Below are positions 10,281 through 20,470 of a stretch of 64,000 nt of DNA, in pieces. Each line of letters opens with the position of its first letter. Within the stretch, counting starts at the first letter, position 1. A program made the translations under genes and the position numbers. This DNA comes from a virus. The DNA lies in IMG/VR virus record IMGVR_UViG_3300042560_001826, positions 41,122 through 105,121 of that record. One strand, 5' to 3'. Below the pieces are notes generated by a model that saw only the letters and a list, made by a program, of their open reading frames with translations, was not told the DNA's origin and ran no database searches.

Positions 10281-10971
10281 AAGAGAATCACTTGATGCTT
10301 GCTTAAACAGCATTACATCACAATATAATGACCATGTTGAGATTATTGTTTCTGACAATGATCAAGACGGATTTGCAAAAAATATAGTTTATAAATATAA
10401 AAAATATATATCTGAATATTCAATTAGAAAGCAAAATATTGGCTGCGATGGGAATTGTTTATATGGAATCACAGCCGGTGATGGAGAATATGTATGGGTT
10501 ATTGGAGATGATGATGTTATCCTACCTGGGGCTTTGGATACTATTTTATCAATGCTTGATGGAACAGATCGTATAATGCAATTTGCACCATATTCTGGTG
10601 AAGTAATACCTGCATTTTCTGGCGCAATGTCTGAGTTAATAACTAAACTTAATGACAAATCATTTTTAATTGCTGCAACATTAGCAAGTATGAATGTGTG
10701 GAGAAGGGATGTTATGGACTTTAGAACAGGAGTAAAACACTTGGATTCTAGGAATGTGTTAGCTTGGGCTGGTCTTAATTGCAAGACAGTTAGTATTCCA
10801 ATTTCCCCAACAGTTTTAGTCAATGACACTAATTTGTTTGAATTTAAGGATTTTGATGGGGTTATGTTTGAATATTCAGATGCATTAGCTGATGCTAACG
10901 GTGTTGAGAGATTTACTTTTTACAACGCTAATAAATGGAATTTTGTTAGCGCCTCGTTGGAGGCAAAATGA
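10249..10971 (+). CDS. Glycosyltransferase family 2
   Basis: IYIPTYRR, IIVSDN, NIG, YVWVIGDDD. Confidence 0.85.
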   Translation: MKLTIYIPTYRRESLDACLNSITSQYNDHVEIIVSDNDQDGFAKNIVYKYKKYISEYSIRKQNIGCDGNCLYGITAGDGEYVWVIGDDDVILPGALDTILSMLDGTDRIMQFAPYSGEVIPAFSGAMSELITKLNDKSFLIAATLASMNVWRRDVMDFRTGVKHLDSRNVLAWAGLNCKTVSIPISPTVLVNDTNLFEFKDFDGVMFEYSDALADANGVERFTFYNANKWNFVSASLEAK

Positions 10972-11015
10972 TTGTCTCTACAGGTGGCACATTTGATCTA
11001 TTTCATTCCGGTCAT

Positions 11016-11045
11016 TTCACTGGAGATAAGTTCACTGGAGATAAG
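11016..11045 (+). repeat. 2 x 15 bp tandem repeat TTCACTGGAGATAAG
   Basis: Exact copies at 11016-11030 and 11031-11045, carrying the RBS. Confidence 0.9.
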
Positions 11046-11480
11046 ATGGTTGTGTATACAGGTGGTACATTTGATTTATTTCATTTTGGTCATTCAAGAT
11101 TGTTGGAGAGATGCAAAAAAGCAGTTGGCGATAATGGCTATTTAGTCGTTTCGGTTAATACAGATGAATTCTGCTCTCAATACAAAGAACCTCCAATTTG
11201 CAGTCTAGCTGAAAGAATGGAAGTTGTTTCTTCTTGTAAATGGGTGGATAAAGTAATTGTAAATTCGGGCGGTGCTGATTCTCGACCTGCTATTATAGAG
11301 GCGAAAGCTAATCTTATAATTGTTGGTTCCGACTGGCAAACTAAAGATTATTACAAACAAATGGGATTCACTCAAGAATGGCTTGACGAGCATAATATTG
11401 GTGTGATGTTTATCCCGTATACAGATGCTATCTCAACAACAATTATTAAATCAAGAATACTAAACAGATCATTACAATAA
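11046..11480 (+). CDS. Cytidylyltransferase (TagD/RfaE-like); in-frame duplicated N-terminus from 10968
   Basis: GGTFDLFHFGH, ERMEVV..CKWVD, GSDW, ISTTII. Confidence 0.85.
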   Translation: MVVYTGGTFDLFHFGHSRLLERCKKAVGDNGYLVVSVNTDEFCSQYKEPPICSLAERMEVVSSCKWVDKVIVNSGGADSRPAIIEAKANLIIVGSDWQTKDYYKQMGFTQEWLDEHNIGVMFIPYTDAISTTIIKSRILNRSLQ

Positions 11481-11489
11481 AGGAGAAAT

Positions 11490-12410
11490 ATGTTAATAGT
11501 AGATAAAAGAAAAGGAGATCTGATGCCGGTGCATCAGATTATTCCAACACCTAGCATTGGATTAAACCGGGCGCTTGGTGGGGGATTAAATACAGGAGCA
11601 ACACATCTATTCTGGGGAACTCCGTCTGTCGGTAAAACGACGATGTGCTTTAGAATTATTGCAGAAGCTCAAAAGATGGGTTATCGGCCGGTAATCGTTG
11701 ATTCTGAATCATCTTATAATGACGAGTATGCAAAGAAGTGCGGTATTGACATTGATGATATCGTAGTCATTCAGTCTACTGTCGTGGAAGATATTTTGAA
11801 GAATATCCATCAATATTTAACTCATGAAGAAGAGAAGCACATCTTCCTCTTTGACAGTATTTCCAACATCATCAAAGAAGAGTTTTATGACAAGCCGGAG
11901 GGTGGCAAGGCAATGGGTTTGCAGTCACGCTCACAGGGCTTCTTCTTGCAAAAACTGGTAAATTATTTGCATAAGGAGAAAAATATTATGCTCTTTATTG
12001 CTCATCAAACAGTCGATCTCAGTGGAATGTTTGCTGTGACGAAGGGCAAGATGGGCAATACTGTCCACCACAATATGCATAATATTGTTAAGCTTTTCTT
12101 GTCTATGTCAAAGAGTGAGATGGAGAGGGATGAGAGCAATCTCATCACCAGTCAGAAAGCGACATGGACTATTGAGAAGTCAAAGCAGACTCCTAGTATC
12201 GGTACAAATGGATACTACTATGTTCTTCCTCAAGAAGGCAAGATTGATATTAACCGGGAACTTATTGACATTGCAGTTGAGATGAATGTGATTGAAAGAA
12301 AAGGTGCATGGTATACTTATGAAGATAGTAAATGGAATGGTCTTGGTTCAATTGACTTGACTGATAAGCAAAGAAAGGGAATTGAGAAGGTGATTCTAAA
12401 TGGAGAATGA
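11490..12410 (+). CDS. recA: RecA/UvsX-like recombinase
   Basis: LNRALGGG, GTPSVGKTT, VDSE, FDSIS, KGAWY. Confidence 0.9.
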   Translation: MLIVDKRKGDLMPVHQIIPTPSIGLNRALGGGLNTGATHLFWGTPSVGKTTMCFRIIAEAQKMGYRPVIVDSESSYNDEYAKKCGIDIDDIVVIQSTVVEDILKNIHQYLTHEEEKHIFLFDSISNIIKEEFYDKPEGGKAMGLQSRSQGFFLQKLVNYLHKEKNIMLFIAHQTVDLSGMFAVTKGKMGNTVHHNMHNIVKLFLSMSKSEMERDESNLITSQKATWTIEKSKQTPSIGTNGYYYVLPQEGKIDINRELIDIAVEMNVIERKGAWYTYEDSKWNGLGSIDLTDKQRKGIEKVILNGE

Positions 12411-12744
12411 AATGGATTTTTCTAATTATCAATTTAGGGCGTGTAAAACTGCAAAGTATCCTCAGAACCCCACCACTGGGGTTATTTATACTGCTCTTGG
12501 ATTGGCTTCAGAAGCTGGAGAAGTTGCTGGCAAAATCAAGAAGATGATCCGTGATGATAATATGGAATTAACATTTGATAGAAAGCAGCAGGTGGTAGAT
12601 GAGATTGGTGATGTCTTATGGTATTGCGCCATGCTCGCTACCGAACTAAACATTTCATTTAATGAAGTTGCAATCAGAAATCTTCAGAAACTTGAAGATC
12701 GCAATAATAGAAATGCAATTCATGGAGATGGCGATAATCGTTAA
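12400..12744 (+). CDS. mazG: MazG-like nucleotide pyrophosphohydrolase
   Basis: LGLASEAGEV...DEIGDVLWY...GDGDNR. Confidence 0.88.
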   Translation: MENEMDFSNYQFRACKTAKYPQNPTTGVIYTALGLASEAGEVAGKIKKMIRDDNMELTFDRKQQVVDEIGDVLWYCAMLATELNISFNEVAIRNLQKLEDRNNRNAIHGDGDNR

Positions 12745-13991
12745 TGCTGTTTTCAATTCATACTGATCAGCACATTATTGATGCCAACGGTATATTTGGG
12801 TATTCATATGGATACCATAAAACGATTGAAAACTTTAATAAGTTTAAGTATCGCAACGAAAAAATGAATGTCGTTAAAAACGACAAGGCTTCTCCAATTC
12901 AAATGTTCTACATGGAGCCTGAGTGGTATAACTTGAAAACGATGACAAGTTTTCGTTCCCCTGAATTCCAAAAGTTCCATGATCACCAGTATAAAATCTA
13001 TGGAACATACCTTGAGACAACCCGCGTTTGGTCTCATTGGATTGAGGCGATGAAGCAAGTTGATGAAATTTGGGTCGGTAATAAATTTTCTGTAGATGCA
13101 ATTAAGAATTCCGGCATTGAAACACCTGTGTATATTTTTGAATTGGGTTTAGATAAGATTTGGCAACCATACAAAAGAAAAGATACAGGCGTTGTCAGAT
13201 TTCTTCATGTTGATTCAGGCAGTCCAAGAAAACGAGCTGACCTTGTAGAAAAAGCTTTTACTACTATTTTTGGAGACAGAAATGATGTTCAATTAACATT
13301 AAAATATCATTCTCATGAAGGCGATTCTGGTTACAGTGTGATGAATCTATTTTCTGGAAAATCTAACGTTGTAAAACTGTATAAAACATTAAGCACTGAG
13401 GAGATGGTAAAACTTTATCAAGATCACGATGTTCTTTTGTACCCAAGTGAGGGCGAAGGATTTGGTCTAATACCACTTCAGGCAATGGCTACAGGTATGC
13501 CTGTAATATCAACAGGAGTTTGGTGTGATTATGAAAGATTTTTTAACTCAAATATTATTGATTCAACCATGGGTAAAACTCAACATACCGGGTATTTTGA
13601 AGGCGAAGTTGTGCTCCCAGACTTTGATTCGCTTGTTTCGCTTATTAAAAAAGTATACGACGATATTGATGCGCAAAAAAAGTTTTTTTATGATCAAGCT
13701 CCTCTTGTCATTGAAGAGTATGATTGGAAAAATAAAACAGATAAGGTTCTTAATGCTCTCATAAAAAGAGTCGGCATAAAAAAATTTAATCCCATCAAGG
13801 AGTATGTTGTTGTAAAAGACTTCATCTACTTTAAAGGCAACAACCGCTACATAGCCCCAGATGGATCTATGTTTGATTCAGAAAATAGAATTAGAGAAGT
13901 TGATAAGAAAGTCGCTGACAGCTTGGTATATAATAAGTCTTTTAGAAAAGCAACAGACGATGAGATAAGGGCGTTTAATGAAAAGAACTGA
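12744..13991 (+). CDS. GT-B (family 4-like) glycosyltransferase, paralog 1
   Basis: YPSEGEGFGLIPLQAMATGMPVI; ETT...DEIW. Confidence 0.85.
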   Translation: MLFSIHTDQHIIDANGIFGYSYGYHKTIENFNKFKYRNEKMNVVKNDKASPIQMFYMEPEWYNLKTMTSFRSPEFQKFHDHQYKIYGTYLETTRVWSHWIEAMKQVDEIWVGNKFSVDAIKNSGIETPVYIFELGLDKIWQPYKRKDTGVVRFLHVDSGSPRKRADLVEKAFTTIFGDRNDVQLTLKYHSHEGDSGYSVMNLFSGKSNVVKLYKTLSTEEMVKLYQDHDVLLYPSEGEGFGLIPLQAMATGMPVISTGVWCDYERFFNSNIIDSTMGKTQHTGYFEGEVVLPDFDSLVSLIKKVYDDIDAQKKFFYDQAPLVIEEYDWKNKTDKVLNALIKRVGIKKFNPIKEYVVVKDFIYFKGNNRYIAPDGSMFDSENRIREVDKKVADSLVYNKSFRKATDDEIRAFNEKN

Positions 13992-14277
13992 GAAGGAAGA
14001 GATTAAAAAAGACAAGGCTAAGGGTGTTAAAAATTCTGGGCGTGGCGTGAAGAAGGGAGATGCAACTCTTAATAAATTTCTTGTTGATTACAAGCACAAT
14101 GGCAAGTCATTTACTCTTACGCATGAAAACTGGCTTGAGCACCGGAAAAATTCTTGGAAATCAAATTACCGTTATCCTTGTATTTCTGTCGTATTTGGGG
14201 AAGATTCCGAAACAAAGGTTGCTATAGTGGAGTGGGAAGTGTTCAAAGAACTCATAGAAGGCTCAGAATATGAATAA
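13978..14277 (+). CDS. Putative PD-(D/E)xK Holliday-junction-resolvase-like nuclease
   Basis: NSG...KGD...VDYK...SFTL pattern. Confidence 0.6.
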   Translation: MKRTEKEEIKKDKAKGVKNSGRGVKKGDATLNKFLVDYKHNGKSFTLTHENWLEHRKNSWKSNYRYPCISVVFGEDSETKVAIVEWEVFKELIEGSEYE

Positions 14278-15640
14278 AAAAACTTTTGGATCGCTATTTG
14301 CAGGTGTTGGCGGGTTTGACATTGGCATGGAAAATGCTGGCTGGGATTGTAGCTGGCAAGTTGAATGGGATAAACATTGTCAGTCAGTACTGCAAAAGCA
14401 TTGGCCTAATGTGCCAAAGTATTGGGATATTCAAGATGTAAATGGTGCAGAATTAACGCCAGTAGATTGCATCGTTTTTGGTTCTCCTTGCCAAGACCTA
14501 TCGGTTGCTGGCAAGGGTGGAGGGCTTGAGGGATCACGCTCAGGCTTATTTTATGAAGCAATTAGAGTTATAAAGGAGATGAGAAATGCAACTGGAAATC
14601 AATTTCCAAAATGGTCAATCTGGGAGAATGTCCCAGGAGCCCTCACAAGCAATAAAGGAAACGACTTCGCAAAGGTCCTTGACGAAATGGCAAACATCGG
14701 GGCATTGGTCCTTGAATGGCACATCTTGGATGCACAATGGTTCGGAGTCGCCCAGCGCAGAAGAAGAGTCTTCTTGCTTGCTTGTTACGATTCTGGAACC
14801 GCTTCAAGATGTTCCGAAAAAATATTACCTGTCCCCCAAGACAGCGAGGGGAATATTAAAAAGGGCAGAAAAGAAAGGAAACATTCTGCCAGAGCCTCTA
14901 AGACAAACGCTGATCAACCTATCCTCTATGGACAGTCAGGATTTGCAAAGTGGACAGAAGGCGGAGTAACGCTGGCAGCAACTGATTACAAACGACCAGA
15001 AAGAAATGTTGTTTGTGAGCCTATATCGTTTCATTTAAAGCAAGATCCAGTGCATTCATATAATGTTTCGCAATGTTTATATGGGCAAAATGGTGTTGGC
15101 GTAGCAATTGAAAGACCTTTTATTCTTGATGGTACAAGAGTTGGTGATGCGAGAATATATGAAGATCAAATTGTTCCAACGCTAAAGCACAGGATGGGAA
15201 CAGGTGGCGGTCAAGTTCCACTTGTTGGCGTAGATGCAGATGTTCTTGCTTATGATGGCTATAATAACGCTGTTAGCGAGAATATTTATCGCACATTAAG
15301 AATTGGAATTGATTCTGCTGACCATATTGCAATCCCAATTCAAGGCACAATTATTGGTCGTTCAGACAAGGCCGGACCGCAAGGGAAAGGCTTTGGTGAC
15401 GAAAATGATCCATCGTATACTCTTGATACAATTTCACAGCATGGAGTTATGACACCTGATCTTCTACTTAGAAGATTGACTCCTCTTGAATGTGAAAGGC
15501 TTATGGGGTTCCCTGATGAACATACGAAATATTATCACGATGGGAAGATTGTTGCAGATACCAACAGGTACAAGATGTGCGGTAATGCTGTGGCAAGTCC
15601 AGTTGCCGAATGGATTGGGAGGAAAATCTATGAAATTTAG
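14270..15640 (+). CDS. DNA cytosine-C5 methyltransferase
   Basis: SLFAGVGG, GSPCQDLS, WENVPG, QRRRRVF, RRLTPLECERLMGFP, GNAV. Confidence 0.95.
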   Translation: MNKKTFGSLFAGVGGFDIGMENAGWDCSWQVEWDKHCQSVLQKHWPNVPKYWDIQDVNGAELTPVDCIVFGSPCQDLSVAGKGGGLEGSRSGLFYEAIRVIKEMRNATGNQFPKWSIWENVPGALTSNKGNDFAKVLDEMANIGALVLEWHILDAQWFGVAQRRRRVFLLACYDSGTASRCSEKILPVPQDSEGNIKKGRKERKHSARASKTNADQPILYGQSGFAKWTEGGVTLAATDYKRPERNVVCEPISFHLKQDPVHSYNVSQCLYGQNGVGVAIERPFILDGTRVGDARIYEDQIVPTLKHRMGTGGGQVPLVGVDADVLAYDGYNNAVSENIYRTLRIGIDSADHIAIPIQGTIIGRSDKAGPQGKGFGDENDPSYTLDTISQHGVMTPDLLLRRLTPLECERLMGFPDEHTKYYHDGKIVADTNRYKMCGNAVASPVAEWIGRKIYEI

Positions 15641-15845
15641 ATTTTTTTGTGATAGATTAATGGGCTGGATGGCATTTGGCATCACAATTAACTGGGATGA
15701 TGGTGTATACTTTGGAGTGTACATTGCGAAATGGCTCATCGGGTTACAGTCTTATAAAGAAAAGAAAGCAGTAGTAATGGCGGAAGATCTTATTAAATAT
15801 AACTACGGTAGAAAGGGATCAAATGCCAGACATTCTGATCAATAA
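15630..15845 (+). CDS. Small hypothetical protein (aromatic-rich)
   Basis: ATG 15630 after RBS GGAGG. Confidence 0.5.
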   Translation: MKFRFFCDRLMGWMAFGITINWDDGVYFGVYIAKWLIGLQSYKEKKAVVMAEDLIKYNYGRKGSNARHSDQ

Positions 15846-16146
15846 AGAAATTCTTGCATCCCATATGGGAGACAAGGCAGATGAATTTATTGAGTGCCTT
15901 CGGATAGTAGAGGATATTATTTCTAATCCGGACCATTATGTTGGTCTGCAAGCTATTAAATATGCAAATATTTTGGCGGCTTATCGCACAGTAATGATTG
16001 TTAAATCTCAGATGTTTAAGAGAAAATCAACAATGATGTCTGAACAAGATAAGTTTGTTAACGATATATGGAAAACCATGTATGAAGCCCTGTCTGAAAA
16101 TATTAATGCCCTCAAATTAGCTGCTAAAGGAGGCTATAACCAATGA
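15823..16146 (+). CDS. Hypothetical protein
   Basis: Coupled ORF within the operon. Confidence 0.65.
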   Translation: MPDILINKEILASHMGDKADEFIECLRIVEDIISNPDHYVGLQAIKYANILAAYRTVMIVKSQMFKRKSTMMSEQDKFVNDIWKTMYEALSENINALKLAAKGGYNQ

Positions 16147-16886
16147 AATCATTAAAGAAATTAAAGGAAAAGAAAGAACCATTGGCAAAAGATGTCAAGG
16201 TTGAAATAAGAAAAACTATTACTGAGGGGATTGATGAGTTCCTTTCTAAAAGGAATACCCCTGTTTATAAACAAGTAAGTGGTTTTCACCCAAGTTATAC
16301 AAACCAATGTGCAAGATATTGGTATTATCTGTTTAATGGAGTTGAAGTAACATCATCCTTTAACCCTCAGACATACAGAATTTTTGATAATGGACATGCA
16401 GTTCACAATAGATTGTACAGTTATTTTAGAGATATGGGGATCTTGGTTGAGGAAGAAATTCCAGTAACCCATGATTCTCCGCCAATTGAAGGCACTGCAG
16501 ATGGTATCATTGATTGGTATGGACATAAGCTTATTGAATTAAAATCAATTAGTTCAGAAGGCTTCCATTACAGAAAACTTTATAACAAACCAAAAGACGA
16601 GCACTACAGGCAAGCGCAGATCTATATGCGCTGCTTAAATCTTGATTCTGGATATGTTATTTACGAAAACAAAAACAATCAAGAGATACTACCAATTTAT
16701 ATTGAAAAAGACGATAAATTCATAAACAAACTATTTGACAAGTATACTAAGATTTATAATAATTATCTGAATAATCAGATACCCGAGCGACCTTATAAGA
16801 GAACTTCAGAGCATTGCAGTTCTTGTGATTTGGCTGCTTTATGTTGGTCGGAGAATGTACGAGAAGGAAAAGAAGAAATGTTCTAA
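16143..16886 (+). CDS. Cas4-like PD-(D/E)xK exonuclease
   Basis: CAR..Y, G.A.H, GTADG, IELKS, QAQIYM, C-terminal CSSC.....C. Confidence 0.85.
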   Translation: MKSLKKLKEKKEPLAKDVKVEIRKTITEGIDEFLSKRNTPVYKQVSGFHPSYTNQCARYWYYLFNGVEVTSSFNPQTYRIFDNGHAVHNRLYSYFRDMGILVEEEIPVTHDSPPIEGTADGIIDWYGHKLIELKSISSEGFHYRKLYNKPKDEHYRQAQIYMRCLNLDSGYVIYENKNNQEILPIYIEKDDKFINKLFDKYTKIYNNYLNNQIPERPYKRTSEHCSSCDLAALCWSENVREGKEEMF

Positions 16887-17166
16887 CCCTGAATGTAGTA
16901 AGGTATTTTTAGCTAAAGTCTATAATGCTATCTATTGCTCAGCAGAGTGCAGAAGAATAGTCACAAATAAAAATTTACTTGCGAATTATTACGAGAAAAA
17001 AAGTAATAAAAATAAAAAGAGGATTTGTAAAACTGAGGGGTGCGCAACAGTCTTATCTAAATATAACAAGGAAAAGATTTGTGAAAGTTGTAAACGCGAA
17101 AGATTTGTTAAGCGTCTCATGTCTTGGGGCTGGTCTGAAAAACAAGCCAGAGGAGACATGTGGTGA
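16855..17166 (+). CDS. Cys-rich Zn-binding protein
   Basis: C...EC, YCSAEC, C...GC, CESC. Confidence 0.6.
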   Translation: MYEKEKKKCSNPECSKVFLAKVYNAIYCSAECRRIVTNKNLLANYYEKKSNKNKKRICKTEGCATVLSKYNKEKICESCKRERFVKRLMSWGWSEKQARGDMW

Positions 17167-17768
17167 CAATATCAAAACTGATATCGTCAGTTAAGAATAC
17201 TAGAGTGATTGCAATAGATCCGGCATCTCATTCTCTTGCTTGGGTCATTTATGATATTGAATCATCAAAAATTAAAATTAGTGCATGCGGTAAAATAAAC
17301 TATAAAGAACACAAAGGGGCATCAGCAAAATTTTCTGTTATTGATATTGAGTTGAAAAAAGTCTACAAAGAATACAACCCAAAACTGGCTATAATTGAAC
17401 AATCAATCTATATTCAAAATTTTGAAACAAGTAGAATAATTTCTTACATTATAGGATATTCTTGGGGCGTACTAAACAACTTCGGTTGCTCCGTTTCAGA
17501 TGTAAATCCTCTTGTTTGGAAATCCGGGATTGGGTATAAAAATCTAAATAAAAAAGAACAACAAATTATTGCAGAAAATGGAGAAAAGGGTTCTCTCGCT
17601 GTTAAGCTAAAGAAAGAGAGGAAGCGCCGCGTTCAAGAAATTGTTGCAAAATACTTCAAGGAGCTACCAGAATATTTAAACGATGATGATATTATAGATG
17701 CAGCGGGTATTGGTTTATGGTATTGTAATCAAATAGTAGAGGGTTCAAATGGCAAACGAAATATATAA
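17160..17768 (+). CDS. ruvC: RuvC-like Holliday junction resolvase
   Basis: VIAIDPA, IIEQ, P..WK, DDIIDAAGIG. Confidence 0.8.
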   Translation: MVTISKLISSVKNTRVIAIDPASHSLAWVIYDIESSKIKISACGKINYKEHKGASAKFSVIDIELKKVYKEYNPKLAIIEQSIYIQNFETSRIISYIIGYSWGVLNNFGCSVSDVNPLVWKSGIGYKNLNKKEQQIIAENGEKGSLAVKLKKERKRRVQEIVAKYFKELPEYLNDDDIIDAAGIGLWYCNQIVEGSNGKRNI

Positions 17769-18048
17769 AGACAAAGCTTTTTTGTACGATATGTATGTTA
17801 AACGCAGGATGAATCTTACTGATATTTGTAAGCATCTTGAGCAGGCTTACAACATTAAAGTCACCCCACAGGCCGTTTATAACTGGGTTAAAAAATACGA
17901 TCTTCTTAAGTTTAGAGGCAAGGGAAGAAGGCTCGCCAACACAAGTATGCGCAGACCAAAATCCCCAGCTCAGGAAGAGGCTAACAGGCGTAAAAGAGAA
18001 TTGCAAAAAAGAACAAAACAAAAAAGAAAGGATATTAGAGGAAGATGA
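17749..18048 (+). CDS. Small basic HTH protein
   Basis: LTDICKHL...VTPQAVYNWVKKY. Confidence 0.65.
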   Translation: MANEIYKDKAFLYDMYVKRRMNLTDICKHLEQAYNIKVTPQAVYNWVKKYDLLKFRGKGRRLANTSMRRPKSPAQEEANRRKRELQKRTKQKRKDIRGR

Positions 18049-18800
18049 GAAGAAGTGTAAGTGTAAAGGACATATCAAGCTTTGCAAAGCTTAATATGAT
18101 TTACAATCAAGTAAGAGTTATTGAGGCAAAGCAGAATGCTACTCAGTACAAGTGTTTAGGTTCTGGCAACTGCTGCAGAATAGGATTGAATATTCATATG
18201 GCGGAATGTGCAAGTATTGCATTCAATATCCGTCAGCAATATTATCTATATTTAGAAGATAAGGGTTTAGAGTATGCTGACAATTGGGTTGATGGAATTG
18301 TAAAAGATCTAAAAGAAGCAATGTTTGACGAGGATTGGCAAATTGGTGGAGAGACAAAACGGCACTGCGCCTTCTACAAGGGTGGCTGTAGCATCTATGG
18401 TTACAGACCGATGGTGTGTAGAACATTTGGCACAGTGACATATGTTGATGATTATTGTCCAAGAATTAGAAATGCTACCGGCAACATTGACTACTTTAGT
18501 GGTGATGGTGTGAGAAAAGTAATCATGGCATTTCAAGATTTCTTAAAGGAATATACAAGTGATAAAGAAGAGGGCTACGATATGGTTGTGTATATGCCTC
18601 TCGGTGTCCTCAGCTTCTTGCTTACAACTGATGAATTGATTGAGCTTGAAAAGGCAACCGATAAGAAGTTCTGGAAGGCTGTTCAGGGCTGGTTCAATTA
18701 CAGAGTCGGATATACAAAGCTTCACGGCTATGATTACGACAAGTTGAATTCGGAAGCAAAAGCTGTTGGAGTTGAATTGAGATTTCCCAAAGAGCAATGA
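18045..18800 (+). CDS. YkgJ/CxxCxxCC-like Fe-S or Zn cluster protein
   Basis: CLGSGNCC...CAFY..GCSIYGYRPMVCRTFG. Confidence 0.8.
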   Translation: MRRSVSVKDISSFAKLNMIYNQVRVIEAKQNATQYKCLGSGNCCRIGLNIHMAECASIAFNIRQQYYLYLEDKGLEYADNWVDGIVKDLKEAMFDEDWQIGGETKRHCAFYKGGCSIYGYRPMVCRTFGTVTYVDDYCPRIRNATGNIDYFSGDGVRKVIMAFQDFLKEYTSDKEEGYDMVVYMPLGVLSFLLTTDELIELEKATDKKFWKAVQGWFNYRVGYTKLHGYDYDKLNSEAKAVGVELRFPKEQ

Positions 18801-19855
18801 TTTTTTGGAATGAAAATCCAGTTTCTTCTTACGCAGAAGGCTATAGCTACGCAGCAAAATCAATAGTTAATAGCTTAACCAAGCACGGCGTTGATGTCCA
18901 CAGATCAAAATCTTCTGGTAATGCAGATGTTAATGGTTTAGTCAATCTTGGTATTTCCTACATAGATAAAAGCGATTCTGGCGAGGCAATTAAAATAACT
19001 CATGCTCTGCCAGAACTATACTCAAGAGGCGCAAAGCATTCAATAGGGTTTTCCTACTGGGAGACTAATAAACTTCCGGGATCTTGGATTCCCGAAATGA
19101 ATCAAATGGATGAAATATGGACAGCATCCGAATGGGCTAGAAATGTTTTTATTGAATCAGGAGTCAAGATACCTGTGCACGGTTTCAAGCTTGGCATAGA
19201 TGATTCATTGTATTTCCCGCCGGACAAACCAAGAAAAGTGCAGGGGAATAAATTTAAATTTCTTAGCATAGGCTCCCCATCGACTCGTAAGAACTCTCAG
19301 ATGGCTGTAGATGCATTTTTAAAGCTGTTTAGCAACAATGACGAGCATGTGCTCATATTTAAATCAATGGGGCCTCCAGACGCGAGGATATCCAGAGGCA
19401 CTGGTCATCAGAAATCTCTCTATGATACTAAGAATATTAATGTTATAGATTATGAATTAAGCCATCAAGATTTAGCAAACTTGTACGATAGCGTTGATTG
19501 CGTTTTGTACCCAACAAGCGGAGAAGGGTGGGGGATTTTGCCAATGAAAGGAATTGCAAAAGGGATCCCAACAATCTGCACTAATGCAACAGCTTGTACA
19601 GAGTATGCCGAGTTATCAATACCATTAGACTATCAATGGGGGACAGATAATATGGGTGGCATATATAGTGGTTGCGGGACATGGGCAATACCAAATCTTG
19701 ATGATTTATGTGATAAAATGTTATATGTCGTTAATCACTATGATAAGGCTTCCGAGAAGACTTTTTCAGGTGCTCAATGGGTAAATGAAAATCTTACTTG
19801 GGATAAAGTAACGAAACCAATGGCGGATAGATTATGTCAGATATTGAACCAGTAG
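18797..19855 (+). CDS. GT-B (family 4-like) glycosyltransferase, paralog 2
   Basis: WETNKLP..W...DEIW, RKN, YPTSGEGWGILP..GIAKGIPTI. Confidence 0.85.
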   Translation: MIFWNENPVSSYAEGYSYAAKSIVNSLTKHGVDVHRSKSSGNADVNGLVNLGISYIDKSDSGEAIKITHALPELYSRGAKHSIGFSYWETNKLPGSWIPEMNQMDEIWTASEWARNVFIESGVKIPVHGFKLGIDDSLYFPPDKPRKVQGNKFKFLSIGSPSTRKNSQMAVDAFLKLFSNNDEHVLIFKSMGPPDARISRGTGHQKSLYDTKNINVIDYELSHQDLANLYDSVDCVLYPTSGEGWGILPMKGIAKGIPTICTNATACTEYAELSIPLDYQWGTDNMGGIYSGCGTWAIPNLDDLCDKMLYVVNHYDKASEKTFSGAQWVNENLTWDKVTKPMADRLCQILNQ

Positions 19856-20406
19856 TAGGAACCGAAATTGAGCCAGCATCCAGAACAATTTTGGATGATC
19901 TAGCAGACATAGAGCAGGCCGGTCTCCTGCATGTAAAGGGGTATTCTAATCACGAAATTAGCTCCTTGATGAGTGTCTCTGCGGATAAAGCAAAAGGCAT
20001 GATTACTGAATACAAGAAGATACTTAATCGTCAAGCTGAATCGGATCCGTATTTCTTAGAGAAAATCCAATTTAATACAATCAAGGCTCTGCAAGAATTT
20101 GATCAATTGAGCAAAGAAGCTTGGGAGACTATTAATATTGCTACAGATCACGGCATGGTCCCGGCAAGAATTCAAGCTATTAAATTAGCGGCAGAAGTTG
20201 CTACTAAGAAAGCGCAATTGCATAAGCTTATGGGTGGCAATCAAACAGACGGGCAATATATTGCTAGAATGCAGAAAGCAGAGAATGTTAATCAAATTCT
20301 TTCTAAAGTTTTAAGGGATGTTATTTCCAAGCATCCTCAGATTGCCGAAGAGGTCAGGAGAGAATTGGAAATTGCATTTGAAATCATGAATGATGGTGTT
20401 GAATAA
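19834..20406 (+). CDS. Putative terminase small subunit
   Basis: N-terminal HTH (GYSNHEISSLM), helical body, directly upstream of the large terminase. Confidence 0.55.
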   Translation: MSDIEPVVGTEIEPASRTILDDLADIEQAGLLHVKGYSNHEISSLMSVSADKAKGMITEYKKILNRQAESDPYFLEKIQFNTIKALQEFDQLSKEAWETINIATDHGMVPARIQAIKLAAEVATKKAQLHKLMGGNQTDGQYIARMQKAENVNQILSKVLRDVISKHPQIAEEVRRELEIAFEIMNDGVE

Positions 20407-20470
20407 AGAGACGGAAAAATTATCACATAAAGGTTTATGTAAAGAGACGGAAAAACTCTCACATAAAGGT
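20404..20470 (+). repeat. Two direct repeats TAAAGAGACGGAAAAA-(5 nt)-ACATAAAGGT, period 36 bp
   Basis: Copies at 20404-20434 and 20440-20470. Confidence 0.9.

Noticed and set aside
16143-16886. Cas4 as part of a CRISPR system
   Set aside because: Solo Cas4-like nucleases are common in phage recombination modules; here it sits among RecA and RuvC genes.
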